This document shows positions 33,084 through 43,200 of a stretch of DNA of 55,115 nt, one piece after another. Within the stretch, counting starts at the first letter, position 1; the number at the start of each line of letters is the position of its first letter. Source of the DNA: Terriglobia bacterium (lineage in GTDB: Bacteria > Acidobacteriota > Terriglobia > Acidiferrales > 2-02-FULL-67-57); assembly GCA_046758465.1 (NCBI GenBank), contig JBHIAG010000002.1, positions 1-55,115 of the forward strand, given 5' to 3'. The position numbers and the translations under genes were made by a program. The notes below the pieces were generated by a model. That model was not told where the DNA came from and did not search any database. It worked only from the letters and a program-made list of their open reading frames with translations.

Positions 33084-33183
33084 TGGCGGAAGGGTATGGG
33101 AGTCGAACCCATCGCCCCGATCCCTACGAACCGGGGCCACCGGCTTTGAAGGCCGGGAGAGTCACCGGACCCTGCACCCCTCC
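33084..33183 (-). tRNA. selC: tRNA-Sec (anticodon UCA)
   Basis: rc: GGAGGGGT GC AGGGTC CGGT GACTCT CC CCGGC CTTCAAA GCCGG TGGCCCCGGTTCGTAGGGATCGGGGCGA TGGG TTCGACT CCCA T ACCCTTCC G CCA. It has an 8-bp acceptor stem, 6-bp D stem with a 4-nt loop, and a long variable arm. Confidence 0.9.
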
Positions 33184-33194
33184 ATGGGGATTTG

Positions 33195-33200
33195 ATTATA
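33195..33200 (-). promoter_or_regulatory. perfect TATAAT -10 box upstream of selC
   Basis: rc(33195-33200)=TATAAT, 11 nt before the tRNA-Sec 5' end. No convincing -35 was seen. Confidence 0.4.
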
Positions 33201-33210
33201 GCTGAAGAAC

Positions 33211-35670
33211 TCAGGAGGGCGCTGGCGTCTGTGGGAAGCGCTCGTAGAGCTGTGAGGGAACGCAGATCTCATAGTAGCGGCGGTTGGTCCACTCTTTGAC
33301 CCTTAGTGTCTGCGGCTCGACGCGCGGCACGCACGCCTCCCGGATGATGAGTTTTTCAAAGCCAGTGCCGAGCGGCAGCACACCATAGTGCAGGCGCACG
33401 GGCTGTGGTTGGCCCAACAGATCAACCGTGGTCTCTTCCGCCGTCAGCGAAATCTCCTCGCTCAGCTTTTTGAAGCCGTCTTCATTGAGCTCGACGCCGT
33501 TGACGTTGTAGCGAATGAGAAACTCCTCCTCTTCTTCGGCGACACCGAGTGCGGGATAGCCTTGGAATAGAAAGACGTTAAAAAGCGGATTGTTGCAAGC
33601 GACGAGTCGCCGCGCGAGCTTCGAGCAGCTCGAGAGCTGGTCCGAGAGGTTGATGGCGCGCGAGATCATAATGCGCGTCTCGCCGTCTACCCAGTAAGTG
33701 GGCGCCGAGCCGTGGAAAGCAATGCCAAGGCCGAGCTCCAACCGCGGAAGGTCCTGCGCTTCCGCCTTCTGGTTGTAACTCTGCGACACTTGCAGGATTT
33801 CTTTGGCCAGACAACAGGCCTTGGCTACCGGACGCTGGAAGGCACGGTTGGCTTCGGTTTCGTAGATAGCCAGGATGAGCGCGTCGCCCTCGATGAACAC
33901 CTTGGCTGCTGCGTAGCGGTCGAGAATTTTGCGGACCGGTTCGTAGAAATGCAGACTGAAGTGGGTGGCCGGGTTAAGTCCCCGACTCAGCAGTTGCGCC
34001 GTGATGCGTGTCGAATCACGGATGTCAGCCTTGACGATCACATGGGTGAGCACACGCTCTGCCTGCTCCCGCTGCTCTTCGGGGAGCAGAAATTCATAGA
34101 GTGTGCCGTTTAGTTCCGACACGCGTCGGGTTTTCTCGTCGCTGATGAGATGGATTTTTTCCATTTGGGAGTTGAGGAGATGGAGGTGGCGGGCGTCGTG
34201 GCGGAGGTTGGCGAGGTCGCGCACAAAGCGGAGCAGTATCGCCCGCGTGTCGTCGCGGGAAACACGGCGCACGTGCTGGCGCACACTCTCGACCTTTTCC
34301 AGCGGAAACTCACGGGTCGAAAACTGTTCGAGGAAAATCTCCAGCTGGTCGCGCTCCTGGCGGTCGAGGACGGCTTTCTTCACCTGCTGCGGGTTGAGCG
34401 GTGGGCAAAAGTTTTTGTACACGGGTTTTAGGTAGTAGCTGGCCAGGATGGATTTCAACATGCCGTGCTGCTCGAGCCGTCGGTGGAGCTCATCGAGCAA
34501 CGCAGCGCGTAAGCTCGCTTTGGCTTTGTCGTCCGCCGGCACGCCCGGGGCGCCGAAGAGTTCGCGCGCATTCGCGGGATTGCAAAGGATGTCGGCCACC
34601 CGCGTTTCGTAGCGTTCCCGCATAAAGCCAGCGGTCTGCTCTGCCTCTTCCACGCGGTGCACCATGGCATCGCGTCCATGCCGTGCGCCTGCGAGTTCCT
34701 CCCGTAGCTTTCGTGCTTCCTCGTGAATTTCGGCTAGTGGGCGGCGCGAGAACCAGCGGTGAGCGCTCGTACTAGCCCGCTCGAGCTCGGCCAGCCGAGC
34801 TTCCAGTTGGCGCACACAGCGGTTCTGCTCCTGCAGCTTGACCCGCAACTCCTCGTGCTGACGCTGCGCCCGGGTGACGTCGGTGTCCCCGGCCAGTTTC
34901 AGCACTCGCTCCTTCAGCAGGTCGGCTACCACCGCTACCACACGGTCTTCGCGATCCATGTCTTTGGGGAAATGGCCGAGCATTACGTAGTGTTCGATGT
35001 GCACATGCGCATCGCTTGCGTTCTCGAGAAAGACCAGGCGATTCCGCAGGATCGAATAGGTTTCAACAAAGTCATGCCCGAACAAGGCCTGGCGTGTCGT
35101 GCGTAGATGGCTCTCTTCCAGCTCTTCCAACAGGCTGAACAGCGACTCCGCCACAGCACGCAAGATGTGGCGCTTGTTGATTTGGAAATCTGCGATGCGG
35201 GATCTCAGCCGGAAGCTTTCGACACTGCCTTCAAACGCCAGGCCACCGCGCGTCTGCGCGCGTTCCTTGCAAGCGATGGTCAGCTGGGCAAACTGGCGTT
35301 GCATTTCTGCCGTCAGCCACTTGTAGAGACTCAGCCGCGCCAAAACGTCAATCTCGATGTTGTTCTTCTCTTTGGCCTGGGTCAGTGTGGCTTGCAGAAG
35401 TTGAAGCAGAGTGCGACGAAAGTCCGCCAGCAAAGCACTACGACGCCGTACGTCGGTCGGATAGAGGTCGCCCAGTTGCGCCTGACTGTGCTGCAGAATC
35501 AATTCGAACAGGTAGCGTTGTCCCAGTTCTTGAAAGCGCGGGCTCAAAAACACGTCGTGGCGAACGTTGTCAACGCCAACAGCCAGGCTGGTAAGGGTCA
35601 GTTCCGGGGAGTAGGGTTCGAGCGACCATTGCACATGCTTCGCGGCCGCACTCGCATCTCGCCCGAGCAT
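33211..35670 (-). CDS. 819-aa protein: large helical/coiled-coil N-region plus divergent class III nucleotidyl-cyclase-like domain
   Basis: aa ~540-700 (about 33570-34053): VIVKADIRDSTRI (metal Asp), ..AKVFIEGDALILAIY (second Asp), ..LGLGIAFHGSAPTYWVDGETRIMISRAINLSDQL (Asn kept, canonical Arg position reads Gln). Confidence 0.65.
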   Translation of the reverse strand: MLGRDASAAAKHVQWSLEPYSPELTLTSLAVGVDNVRHDVFLSPRFQELGQRYLFELILQHSQAQLGDLYPTDVRRRSALLADFRRTLLQLLQATLTQAKEKNNIEIDVLARLSLYKWLTAEMQRQFAQLTIACKERAQTRGGLAFEGSVESFRLRSRIADFQINKRHILRAVAESLFSLLEELEESHLRTTRQALFGHDFVETYSILRNRLVFLENASDAHVHIEHYVMLGHFPKDMDREDRVVAVVADLLKERVLKLAGDTDVTRAQRQHEELRVKLQEQNRCVRQLEARLAELERASTSAHRWFSRRPLAEIHEEARKLREELAGARHGRDAMVHRVEEAEQTAGFMRERYETRVADILCNPANARELFGAPGVPADDKAKASLRAALLDELHRRLEQHGMLKSILASYYLKPVYKNFCPPLNPQQVKKAVLDRQERDQLEIFLEQFSTREFPLEKVESVRQHVRRVSRDDTRAILLRFVRDLANLRHDARHLHLLNSQMEKIHLISDEKTRRVSELNGTLYEFLLPEEQREQAERVLTHVIVKADIRDSTRITAQLLSRGLNPATHFSLHFYEPVRKILDRYAAAKVFIEGDALILAIYETEANRAFQRPVAKACCLAKEILQVSQSYNQKAEAQDLPRLELGLGIAFHGSAPTYWVDGETRIMISRAINLSDQLSSCSKLARRLVACNNPLFNVFLFQGYPALGVAEEEEEFLIRYNVNGVELNEDGFKKLSEEISLTAEETTVDLLGQPQPVRLHYGVLPLGTGFEKLIIREACVPRVEPQTLRVKEWTNRRYYEICVPSQLYERFPQTPAPS

Positions 35671-35762
35671 GAAGGATGCGCCACCTTTAACGGGCTGGCT
35701 TGACTATAGCAGAGTCACCACAGGCCGAACAAGCGTAGCCAACCCGCCTGCGTGGCAGTAGA

Positions 35763-35987
35763 ATGTCCGGGTCCATGGGTCAATGTTTGCATCTCGATGC
35801 CTCCGGCCGGCAGTGCAGGAGGCAAAGCAGCGAAGACCAAGTTTTCTGTTTGGAGCACCAAGCCGGGCGTTCCCGGACTTTCGGCCTCACAGGCTGGCGC
35901 AAGTTTGTATTTCGCCTAGCAGCCTTGGTACTGTTACTGCTTTTCGCCTTGCAGAGCTATCTACTGCTGAAAGCCCTCCTCAGCTAG
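35763..35987 (+). CDS. small Cys/His-containing protein with a C-terminal TM helix
   Basis: 74 aa: CLHLDASGRQC..FCLEH then ..FVFRLAALVLLLLFALQSYLLLKALL. Divergent from the cyclase-like gene. No family recognised. Confidence 0.35.
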   Translation: MSGSMGQCLHLDASGRQCRRQSSEDQVFCLEHQAGRSRTFGLTGWRKFVFRLAALVLLLLFALQSYLLLKALLS

Positions 35988-36008
35988 GACTGTTCCGAGG
36001 CTCGGGCT

Positions 36009-36815
36009 TCAGCCCACGATGTCCTCGCCCCCGTCCACACCAATCACATTGCCTGTCATCCAATAGGTGTTGGGATGGACCAGGACCCCGACGGCCGCGG
36101 CCACGTCAGCGGGAGTGGTGAGGCGTCCGTGGGGGTTCTTGCGGAGGGCATCCTCCATCAACTTCTCGTTTCTGGGAATTTTGCGCAGCGAAGGCGTATC
36201 GGTGACGCCGGCGCGGATGGCGTTGGCGGTGATTCCGTGCGGAGCCAGCTCGAAAGCGAGCTGGCGGATGTGGGATTCCAGCGCCGCCTTGGCGGCTGAA
36301 ACTGCCCCGTAGGTGGCTAACACCCGCGTGCCACCGGAACTGGTCATCGCAAAGATGCGACCACCCTGGCGCAATAGCGCCCGGGTCACCAAGTCCTGTG
36401 CCCAATAGACCAGACTGTGGGCCATCACGTCCAGGGTCATCTCCATCTGCCGTTGCTTCAGGGCCTCGTCTGGCGAGTTGACGAAGTAAGGCTCAAGGGC
36501 ACCGAAGGAGAGGGAGTGGAACAACACGCGCACGGTTGCGGGCGGCGTAGCACCTTGCAGACGAGTTTCAAGCTCGTCGAGGATTTCTTTCCGCTTCTCT
36601 GGGTCGGCGGCGTTGGCGTTGAAGAAGAGTGCCTCGCGGCCACACGCACGGATTTTGCTTACAACCTCTTCCACGTGGGGCAGAGTGGCTTTGCGGTCAA
36701 GGTGAACACCGGCGATGTTCATTCCCAGGCGTGCCAGCTCGAGGGCGGTGGCTTCGCCAAAGCCGCTGGAAGCTCCGAGAATCAACGCCCAGAGGTTTTC
36801 CCGTGTTTCGCTCAT
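36009..36815 (-). CDS. SDR-family oxidoreductase (enoyl/ketoacyl-ACP-reductase-like)
   Basis: ALILGASSGFGEA Rossmann motif and YGAVSAAKAALE (YxxxK). The ATG overlaps the tsaE stop (ATGA). Confidence 0.75.
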   Translation of the reverse strand: MSETRENLWALILGASSGFGEATALELARLGMNIAGVHLDRKATLPHVEEVVSKIRACGREALFFNANAADPEKRKEILDELETRLQGATPPATVRVLFHSLSFGALEPYFVNSPDEALKQRQMEMTLDVMAHSLVYWAQDLVTRALLRQGGRIFAMTSSGGTRVLATYGAVSAAKAALESHIRQLAFELAPHGITANAIRAGVTDTPSLRKIPRNEKLMEDALRKNPHGRLTTPADVAAAVGVLVHPNTYWMTGNVIGVDGGEDIVG

Positions 36816-37264
36816 AGGGGGTTTCCCTTCTCCGGTTGTGTTTCTTCGATGCGGATGTGGCGCTCCGTTTCGGACAGGCTCTCGAGGTGGATGCGCCAGT
36901 CGGGCACGAGCCCCGATGCGGCTAGCTTTTCCGCCCACTCCACAATCACGATGGTCGGCTCAGCCAAGAAATCTTCCAACCCCAATGTCTCTGTCTCGCT
37001 TGGCTCCTCGATGCGATAGAGGTCCACATGATAGACGGTCCTGTGATTGCGAAAGACGTGCACGAAGACGAACGACGGACTGCGCACCTCATTCGCGTCG
37101 GCCAGCCCGAGCCCGCTGATGATGCCCTTGACCAGCGTCGTCTTCCCTGACCCGAGCGCACCGTGCAAGTACATCAGTGTCGGCGGGCGCAAACGTGCGG
37201 CGAGTTGCCGGCCGAAGGCAAGTGTTGCCTCAGGGGACGACGTAGTAATCTCGGTTGACGTCAC
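36812..37264 (-). CDS. tsaE: tRNA t6A37 biosynthesis ATPase TsaE
   Basis: ~150 aa with P-loop HGALGSGKTTLVKG and ..HVDLYR... Confidence 0.85.
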   Translation of the reverse strand: MTSTEITTSSPEATLAFGRQLAARLRPPTLMYLHGALGSGKTTLVKGIISGLGLADANEVRSPSFVFVHVFRNHRTVYHVDLYRIEEPSETETLGLEDFLAEPTIVIVEWAEKLAASGLVPDWRIHLESLSETERHIRIEETQPEKGNPL

Positions 37265-38840
37265 GATTCACACGCTCTTCAAGCTCTCGCAGCGCGCGGG
37301 GGAAGGCTTGGAGAATGTCGCGTGCGATCAGCGGCGCTTCCCCCATCGCTTCGGCGGCGAGGTCGCCGGCCCGTCCGTGCAGATAGACGCCTAAGCTCAG
37401 GACGTCGGCCAGCGGCGTCGAACCGGACTGCGCCAGTAGGCCCGCCAGCAACCCCGTCAGCACATCCCCGGAACCTCCACTTGCCATTCCCGGGTTCCCG
37501 GTTGGATTCACGTACACTTGCGCTTCAGGTGTTGCCACCAGGGTACGATATCCTTTCAGGATAACAAACGCCCCGTATTCCTGCGCAAAGCTCCGCGCCA
37601 CCCCGACGCGAGCGCACTGTACCTCGGCGCTCGTGCTGCCGACCAGCCGGGCCATTTCGCCAGGATGCGGAGTCACAACCAGGACGCGCGCCCGGCGCTC
37701 CCGCAGGAGGTCGAGTTGGCCCACCAGCACATTCAGGGCGTCGGCATCGAGCACCAGCGGCAGCTCACATTGACGAACAACGCTGCGCACAAATTGAACA
37801 GTTTCGGGATGCTGCCCGAGTCCGGGTCCCATCGCCAGGACGGTCTTGCCCTCAAGAATCTTCGCGAAGCGCCCGTAGTCGAGCGCGCGGCTGGAAATCG
37901 TCCCCGCTTCGGTCTCTGCCAGTGGCTCGGTCATAATCTCCGCCACCTGACCCGCTACCACCGGCAGGACACTCTCCGGCGTCGCAACACTCACCAGCCC
38001 GGCGCCCGCGCGCAGTCCGGCCAGACCCGCCATCGCCGCCGCGCCGCTTTTCCCGCGCGAACCCGCCACCACGAGCACGTGGCCAAACTCACCCTTATGA
38101 GCAGCGCGTGGCCGCCGAAACGGAAACTGGACGAACTGGTGTGCGGTGATGAGATTCAAGAACAGATCGGGATTGTTCTCGTAGAGCTCGGGCGGTGAGC
38201 CAATCGAGGCGATGATGAGCTTGCCCGCACGTTCGCAATGAGGCGGGAAGATGTGTCCCATCTTGGGCGCCGTGAAGGTGATGGTGCAGTCGGCCTCGAC
38301 CGAAACGCCAATCGGTTCTCCACTGTCGGAAGGGAGTCCGGATGGGATGTCCACGGCCAAGACCCGGTAGCCGCTGCGAGCGGCATTGATGCCTTCGATG
38401 ACGTCAGCCACTAACCCGTGTGCCGGGCCGGCCAGTCCCGTGCCGAGCAGCGCGTCCACAACGACGTCGCAGTCGAGCCAGCGGCTTCGTTGGGCGTGCC
38501 AGGTGGCAACGCTCGTGATGGCTTCGACCTTCGCGCCCGTCTTGGCGAGGGCTTCGTAGTTGCTGCGCGCGTCGCCCACCAGGTCGGCGGGGTTGGCAAA
38601 CAGGGCTACTGCAGGCTCGAACTTCTGCTGGTGTAGGTAGCGCGCCGCCACCAAGCCGTCGCCGCCATTGTTGCCCTTGCCGCAGAGCACGTTGATGCGG
38701 CACGCTTGAGGAAATTCACGGCGGAGAGCATCCGCGGTGTGACGGCCTGCGTTTTCCATCAAGGTCAGGCTGGGAATGCCGGCGCGGCTAGAGGAGAGCC
38801 GGTCCACCTCAGCCATTTGTTCCGCTGTGAGGATCTTCAT
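37230..38840 (-). CDS. nnr: bifunctional NAD(P)H-hydrate repair enzyme (epimerase/ADP-dependent dehydratase)
   Basis: YjeF-N part (..VLCGKGNNGGDG..) fused to the kinase-like dehydratase part (..GHVLVVAGSRGKSGAA..GGSGDVLTG..). Confidence 0.85.
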   Translation of the reverse strand: MKILTAEQMAEVDRLSSSRAGIPSLTLMENAGRHTADALRREFPQACRINVLCGKGNNGGDGLVAARYLHQQKFEPAVALFANPADLVGDARSNYEALAKTGAKVEAITSVATWHAQRSRWLDCDVVVDALLGTGLAGPAHGLVADVIEGINAARSGYRVLAVDIPSGLPSDSGEPIGVSVEADCTITFTAPKMGHIFPPHCERAGKLIIASIGSPPELYENNPDLFLNLITAHQFVQFPFRRPRAAHKGEFGHVLVVAGSRGKSGAAAMAGLAGLRAGAGLVSVATPESVLPVVAGQVAEIMTEPLAETEAGTISSRALDYGRFAKILEGKTVLAMGPGLGQHPETVQFVRSVVRQCELPLVLDADALNVLVGQLDLLRERRARVLVVTPHPGEMARLVGSTSAEVQCARVGVARSFAQEYGAFVILKGYRTLVATPEAQVYVNPTGNPGMASGGSGDVLTGLLAGLLAQSGSTPLADVLSLGVYLHGRAGDLAAEAMGEAPLIARDILQAFPRALRELEERVNRDVNRDYYVVP

Positions 38841-38859
38841 CGGGAGTAGCCCCGGCCGG

Positions 38860-39603
38860 TCACAGCATCCAGCCGCCGCTCACCGTGAGTGCCTGACCGG
38901 TGATGTAGCTGGCTTCTTCGCCGAGGAAAAATTTCACTGCGGCGGTCACATCCTCCGCCGTAGGCGGACGCCCCGCCGGGAAGCGCGCGTCGCGGATGCG
39001 CCGCGCTTCTTCGACCGTCAGGTTTTTGTCGTCGAGAATCGAGGGGTTGACCACGTTGATGGTGATAGTGTAGCGCGCCTCCTCGATCGCGAGTGAGCGC
39101 GTGAAGGCAACCACGGCGGCTTTGGCAGCGGCATAGGCGGAAATCTTGGCCTGGCCGAACGCCCGGTCGGCGCCTACCGCGCCGAGGTTGACGATCCGGC
39201 CCCATCGCTGCCGCCGCATCACTGGAATGACCTGCTTGCTCATATAGACCACGCTCAGAAGGTTCGAAGCTAGGATCTGTTCCCACTCCTCGATCGTGGA
39301 CTCATGCACCGACCGCCAGCCGAACTCGCCGACATTGTTGATCAAGATGTCTATCCGCCCGAACTGCTTCAGTGCAGCCTGCACCAGCTTCTCCGCGTGC
39401 TGCGGGCGGGTTACGTCGGCTTGCACCGCCAGCACCTCGACCCCGCAAGCTTGAATCTGCCGCAGCGTGCTCTGCGCCGCGGAACGATTCGACCGGTAGC
39501 AGAAAGCCATGCGCGCGCCCTCGCGCGCGAGCGCCAAGGCAATGCTGCGGCCCAGACCCCGCGAGGCTCCCGTAACGAGTGCGACGCGATGGATGAGCGT
39601 CAA
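38860..39603 (-). CDS. SDR-family oxidoreductase (FabG-like)
   Basis: VALVTGASRGLG, NNVG and SAYAAAKAA motifs. Start re-picked at the TTG 7 nt after an AAGGAGGG SD. Confidence 0.8.
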   Translation of the reverse strand: MTLIHRVALVTGASRGLGRSIALALAREGARMAFCYRSNRSAAQSTLRQIQACGVEVLAVQADVTRPQHAEKLVQAALKQFGRIDILINNVGEFGWRSVHESTIEEWEQILASNLLSVVYMSKQVIPVMRRQRWGRIVNLGAVGADRAFGQAKISAYAAAKAAVVAFTRSLAIEEARYTITINVVNPSILDDKNLTVEEARRIRDARFPAGRPPTAEDVTAAVKFFLGEEASYITGQALTVSGGWML

Positions 39604-39687
39604 CGAACAACCCTCCTTGCCTGACTTTCTGAATGACAACCGGCAGTATATACCAGGGCCGCTTGGCGACGCACGCGCGGTGCCGAG

Positions 39688-41649
39688 CTAGCGTGCCCGC
39701 ACAAGCAGCAGGGTCATATCGTCGGCTTGCTCAGCCGTGGCTACCCAGTGCTGGATTTCATTGAATAATGTCTCCGCCAAGCGCTCGGGGGCCATGCCCG
39801 CGTTTTGTCGGAAGATTGCGAGCAGCCGGTCGCTGCTGAACTCTTCGCCGTAGGCGTTTTCCGCTTCTGTCAGGCCATCGGTAAAGGCAATGAGCAGGCT
39901 GCCGGGTTCGAGCCGCACCTCGCCTTCTTCGTAGTCCGAGTCCCCAAACACGCCCACGACGGGGCCGCCGACCTCGAGCCGCGTGATCTGGCCATTGCCC
40001 AAGACCGCCGGGGGCATATGTCCGGCATTGCAGTAGGTGAGCAGGCGCTTAGCCTCGTCGTAGAACCCGCAGAACAGCGAAGCGTATTTCTCGCTGCTCG
40101 TAGTCGCATAGAGCTGCTGATTGAGCCGCGCGACCAGAGCGGCGGGACTCGGTTGCTGGGTGTCGCCGCGAATCGGAACGGCATAGAGTTGGCTCCGCAA
40201 GGCCGCCTGAATGGTAGCCATCAGCAAGGCTGCCGAGATGCCCTTGCCGCTGATGTCCCCGATGGCAAAAACCAGCTTCCCGGGGGCAAACAAACCATAA
40301 TCGTAGTAATCGCCGCTGACCACGCGCGCCGGCCGACAGACGCCGACTACGTCCAGGGTCCTCAGTCGTGGCGTCTCGCGGGGGAAAAGTTGCTGTTGCA
40401 CTTCGCGGGCAATCTCTAGTTCATTTTCCAGCCGTTGTTTTACCTCCGATTCACGAATGAGTAGCTGGATGGAGCCAGTCATGCGATTGAAGGACTGCGC
40501 CAGAGCCCCCAGCTGGTCGGTGGTGGGGAAAAGAATGCGGTGGGAGAAGTCACCGCGCTGTACTGTTTGCGTGCCCTCATAGAGGCCCGTGATCGCACGG
40601 GTGATGGAGCGTGTGAGGATGATTCCGGCAATCAAGGCAGCGGATTCCATCAGGAGGAATAGGATGGCGATACCGGTGAGGAGTGTGAACTGCACCAGGG
40701 TCAACTCTCCCGGTCTACGGAAGAGTCTTTGATTGAGGAGGGAAGGGCGCGTGATGACCCCTAAGCCGACCGGGATCGTAGTTGGGACCTCGGCGTCCGG
40801 GCCCGGCCAGAGTACCGCATCCACTGTTGAGACACCCGAAATCGAGAAATCCAAGCGGTGCGCGGGTGACGGCAAGGTGAGGGTCGAGTGGAGGCGTAGA
40901 CTTGGCCCCGAAACCGAAACACCGCCCAGAGTTTGTGCCACTTGGTCGAGCCAGCGCGCGTCGAGGGGAAGTGAAAGGATAAGCCAAAGCCTACCTTGCG
41001 AAAGCTCCACTGGCAAAGCAGACCGGATGAACAATTGCTCACCGGACTTGATGAGGCCGTGAAATTCCGCCTGCAACCACGGCGGGAGAGAGAAGGTCGA
41101 TTCATCGCGTCCTCTGCCCAGCGCGCGCATTGTTTTCTTGTCCCAGAGAGCGTCGCACGCCAAGCCTGGCGTCTCCTGCCGCAGCAAGGAGCACGCAGTG
41201 GTCAGGAAGTTACGGAGGCGCTCACTGGAAGGCGCGGCGCCCTCCATGCGCTGCCGCAGATTGATGGAGAGGATGCGATTGGCAGCCGCGAGGTGTTCAG
41301 CCTGCTGCTGTATTTGGTTGCTGACAAGGTAGGTAGAGAACTGTCCGTAGACGAGGTAGGCGGTGAGGCCAATCATACCCACGATGAGGATAATGGGGAC
41401 AACTGCGATGAAGATGTAGATCACCAGCAGGCGGTTGCGGAGGCGCCAGAGCAATCGCTGCCGCCACGGGACGAGAGCGCGCCATCCCAGGAAGACAAGT
41501 AAGACGAGGGCCAGCAGGCCGAAGAAAAAGCGCCAGCCGGCAGCGCCGCTGAGCGTGGCCGCCACAAACCCGACCAAGGAAAAGAAGGAAAGGATTGCAC
41601 CCCAAGCAGCTTTGGAATGGGGACGCCACTTCTCAGCCAGTGGAGACAT
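39688..41649 (-). CDS. membrane sensor PP2C phosphatase (TM - periplasmic region - TM - HAMP - SpoIIE/PP2C)
   Basis: Two TM segments, a HAMP-like linker (..ITRSITRAITGLYEGTQTVQRGDFSHRI..), and a C-terminal ..VSGDYYDY..GDISGKGISAALLMA..FTDGLTEA.. domain. Confidence 0.8.
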   Translation of the reverse strand: MSPLAEKWRPHSKAAWGAILSFFSLVGFVAATLSGAAGWRFFFGLLALVLLVFLGWRALVPWRQRLLWRLRNRLLVIYIFIAVVPIILIVGMIGLTAYLVYGQFSTYLVSNQIQQQAEHLAAANRILSINLRQRMEGAAPSSERLRNFLTTACSLLRQETPGLACDALWDKKTMRALGRGRDESTFSLPPWLQAEFHGLIKSGEQLFIRSALPVELSQGRLWLILSLPLDARWLDQVAQTLGGVSVSGPSLRLHSTLTLPSPAHRLDFSISGVSTVDAVLWPGPDAEVPTTIPVGLGVITRPSLLNQRLFRRPGELTLVQFTLLTGIAILFLLMESAALIAGIILTRSITRAITGLYEGTQTVQRGDFSHRILFPTTDQLGALAQSFNRMTGSIQLLIRESEVKQRLENELEIAREVQQQLFPRETPRLRTLDVVGVCRPARVVSGDYYDYGLFAPGKLVFAIGDISGKGISAALLMATIQAALRSQLYAVPIRGDTQQPSPAALVARLNQQLYATTSSEKYASLFCGFYDEAKRLLTYCNAGHMPPAVLGNGQITRLEVGGPVVGVFGDSDYEEGEVRLEPGSLLIAFTDGLTEAENAYGEEFSSDRLLAIFRQNAGMAPERLAETLFNEIQHWVATAEQADDMTLLLVRAR

Positions 41650-41712
41650 CAGGAGTCACACCCAGTTCGACTCGATGCCGGAGAGAAAAAGTGGCAGAAA
41701 CGTTTTCCGGTG

Positions 41713-43200
41713 TCAATGCGCCGCGGGTGGCATCGGCCCCTGCGGCCGGTCCGGGTTACCGTGGGCAAGCCGGCTGTGCCGTATCCCGTAGGCGAAGTAA
41801 ATGAGCAGGCCAATGACCATCCAGATCACCAGCCGCCGCCAAGTTCCCCACGGCAGTCCCACCATCAGATAGAAGCAGGAGACCACGCCCAGCAACGGAA
41901 TCCAGGGAACCCAGGGGGTTTTGAACGACCGAGGAATGTCCGGCTGGGTATAGCGCAACACCCAGACACCCCCGCAGACCAACACGAAAGCGAACAGGGT
42001 GCCGATGCTGACCAGTTTTGCCAGTTCACCGATGGGAAACAAGCTCCCTGTGATGGCTACGACCACTCCTGTCATAATCGTCGTGATGTAGGGAGTGCGG
42101 AAGCGGGGGTGGACTTTACTGAACACTTTTGGGAGCAGCCCATCACGCGCCATAGTCCAAAAAATGCGCGGCTGGCTAAGCAGCATCACCAAAATGACCG
42201 AACTCAACCCGGCGATGGCACCAATCTTGACAATGGGGCGGAGCCAGACCAAGCCGGTGGCATTGATGCCCACGGCGATGGGGTCGGGGACGTTCAGTTC
42301 GCTGTAGTGCACGATCCCGGTCAGGACACCTGAGACAATGATGTAGAGCACGGTACAAATCAGCAGGCTACCGATGATGCCGATGGGCATGTCGCGTCGC
42401 GGATTGCGGGCTTCCTGCGCCGCCGTGGACACCGCGTCAAAGCCGATGTAGGCAAAGAAGATCACCCCAGCCCCGCGCAGCACCCCGCTCAAACCGTAGG
42501 AGCCAAATTCTCCCGTGTTGGGGGGGATGAACGGCTCCCAGTTGGCGCGGTTAATGTAGGCCACGCCGACCAGTGCGAACGTAATGACCACCGCCAGCTT
42601 CAGGATAACGATGGCGGTGTTGACGTTGGCCGACTCCCGGATGCCCACGACCAAGAGGGAGGTCACGAAAAGGATGATGAACAGCGCCGGCAGATTGATC
42701 AGACCTGTTGCTTGCGTGCCATCCGGCAAAGCAACTGTCTGGAACGGGCCGGCGGTCAGGCGCGCTGGGAGGTGAATCCCGAAGTCACGCAGAAAGCTGA
42801 CTACATACCCGGACCACCCAACCGAAACGGTGGCCGCCCCCAACGAGTATTCCAGAATCAGGTCCCAGCCGATGATCCAGGCCAGGAACTCCCCCAGGGT
42901 GGCGTAGGAATAGGTGTAAGCGCTGCCGGCGATGGGGATCATGGAGGCCATCTCAGCGTAGCAGAAGCCCGCGAACACGCACGCCAGACCCGCCAGGATG
43001 AAAGAAAGCACAATCGCCGGGCCTGCGTGGGCCGCGGCCGCCTGCCCGGTCAAGACGAAGATGCCGGCGCCAATGATGGCACCCACACCCAGCATCACCA
43101 GGTCAATGCGGCCCAGGGCGCGTTTCAGGCCGTGCTCGGTGTCAGCGGCTTCCTGTTGCAGTAGGCTTAGGGGCTTGGTGATAAACAGGCGACTCGCCAT
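41713..43200 (-). CDS. APC-family amino-acid permease
   Basis: ~12 TM. The N-terminal ..[28 protein letters not shown].. is typical of cationic amino-acid transporters. Confidence 0.85.
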   Translation of the reverse strand: MASRLFITKPLSLLQQEAADTEHGLKRALGRIDLVMLGVGAIIGAGIFVLTGQAAAAHAGPAIVLSFILAGLACVFAGFCYAEMASMIPIAGSAYTYSYATLGEFLAWIIGWDLILEYSLGAATVSVGWSGYVVSFLRDFGIHLPARLTAGPFQTVALPDGTQATGLINLPALFIILFVTSLLVVGIRESANVNTAIVILKLAVVITFALVGVAYINRANWEPFIPPNTGEFGSYGLSGVLRGAGVIFFAYIGFDAVSTAAQEARNPRRDMPIGIIGSLLICTVLYIIVSGVLTGIVHYSELNVPDPIAVGINATGLVWLRPIVKIGAIAGLSSVILVMLLSQPRIFWTMARDGLLPKVFSKVHPRFRTPYITTIMTGVVVAITGSLFPIGELAKLVSIGTLFAFVLVCGGVWVLRYTQPDIPRSFKTPWVPWIPLLGVVSCFYLMVGLPWGTWRRLVIWMVIGLLIYFAYGIRHSRLAHGNPDRPQGPMPPAAH

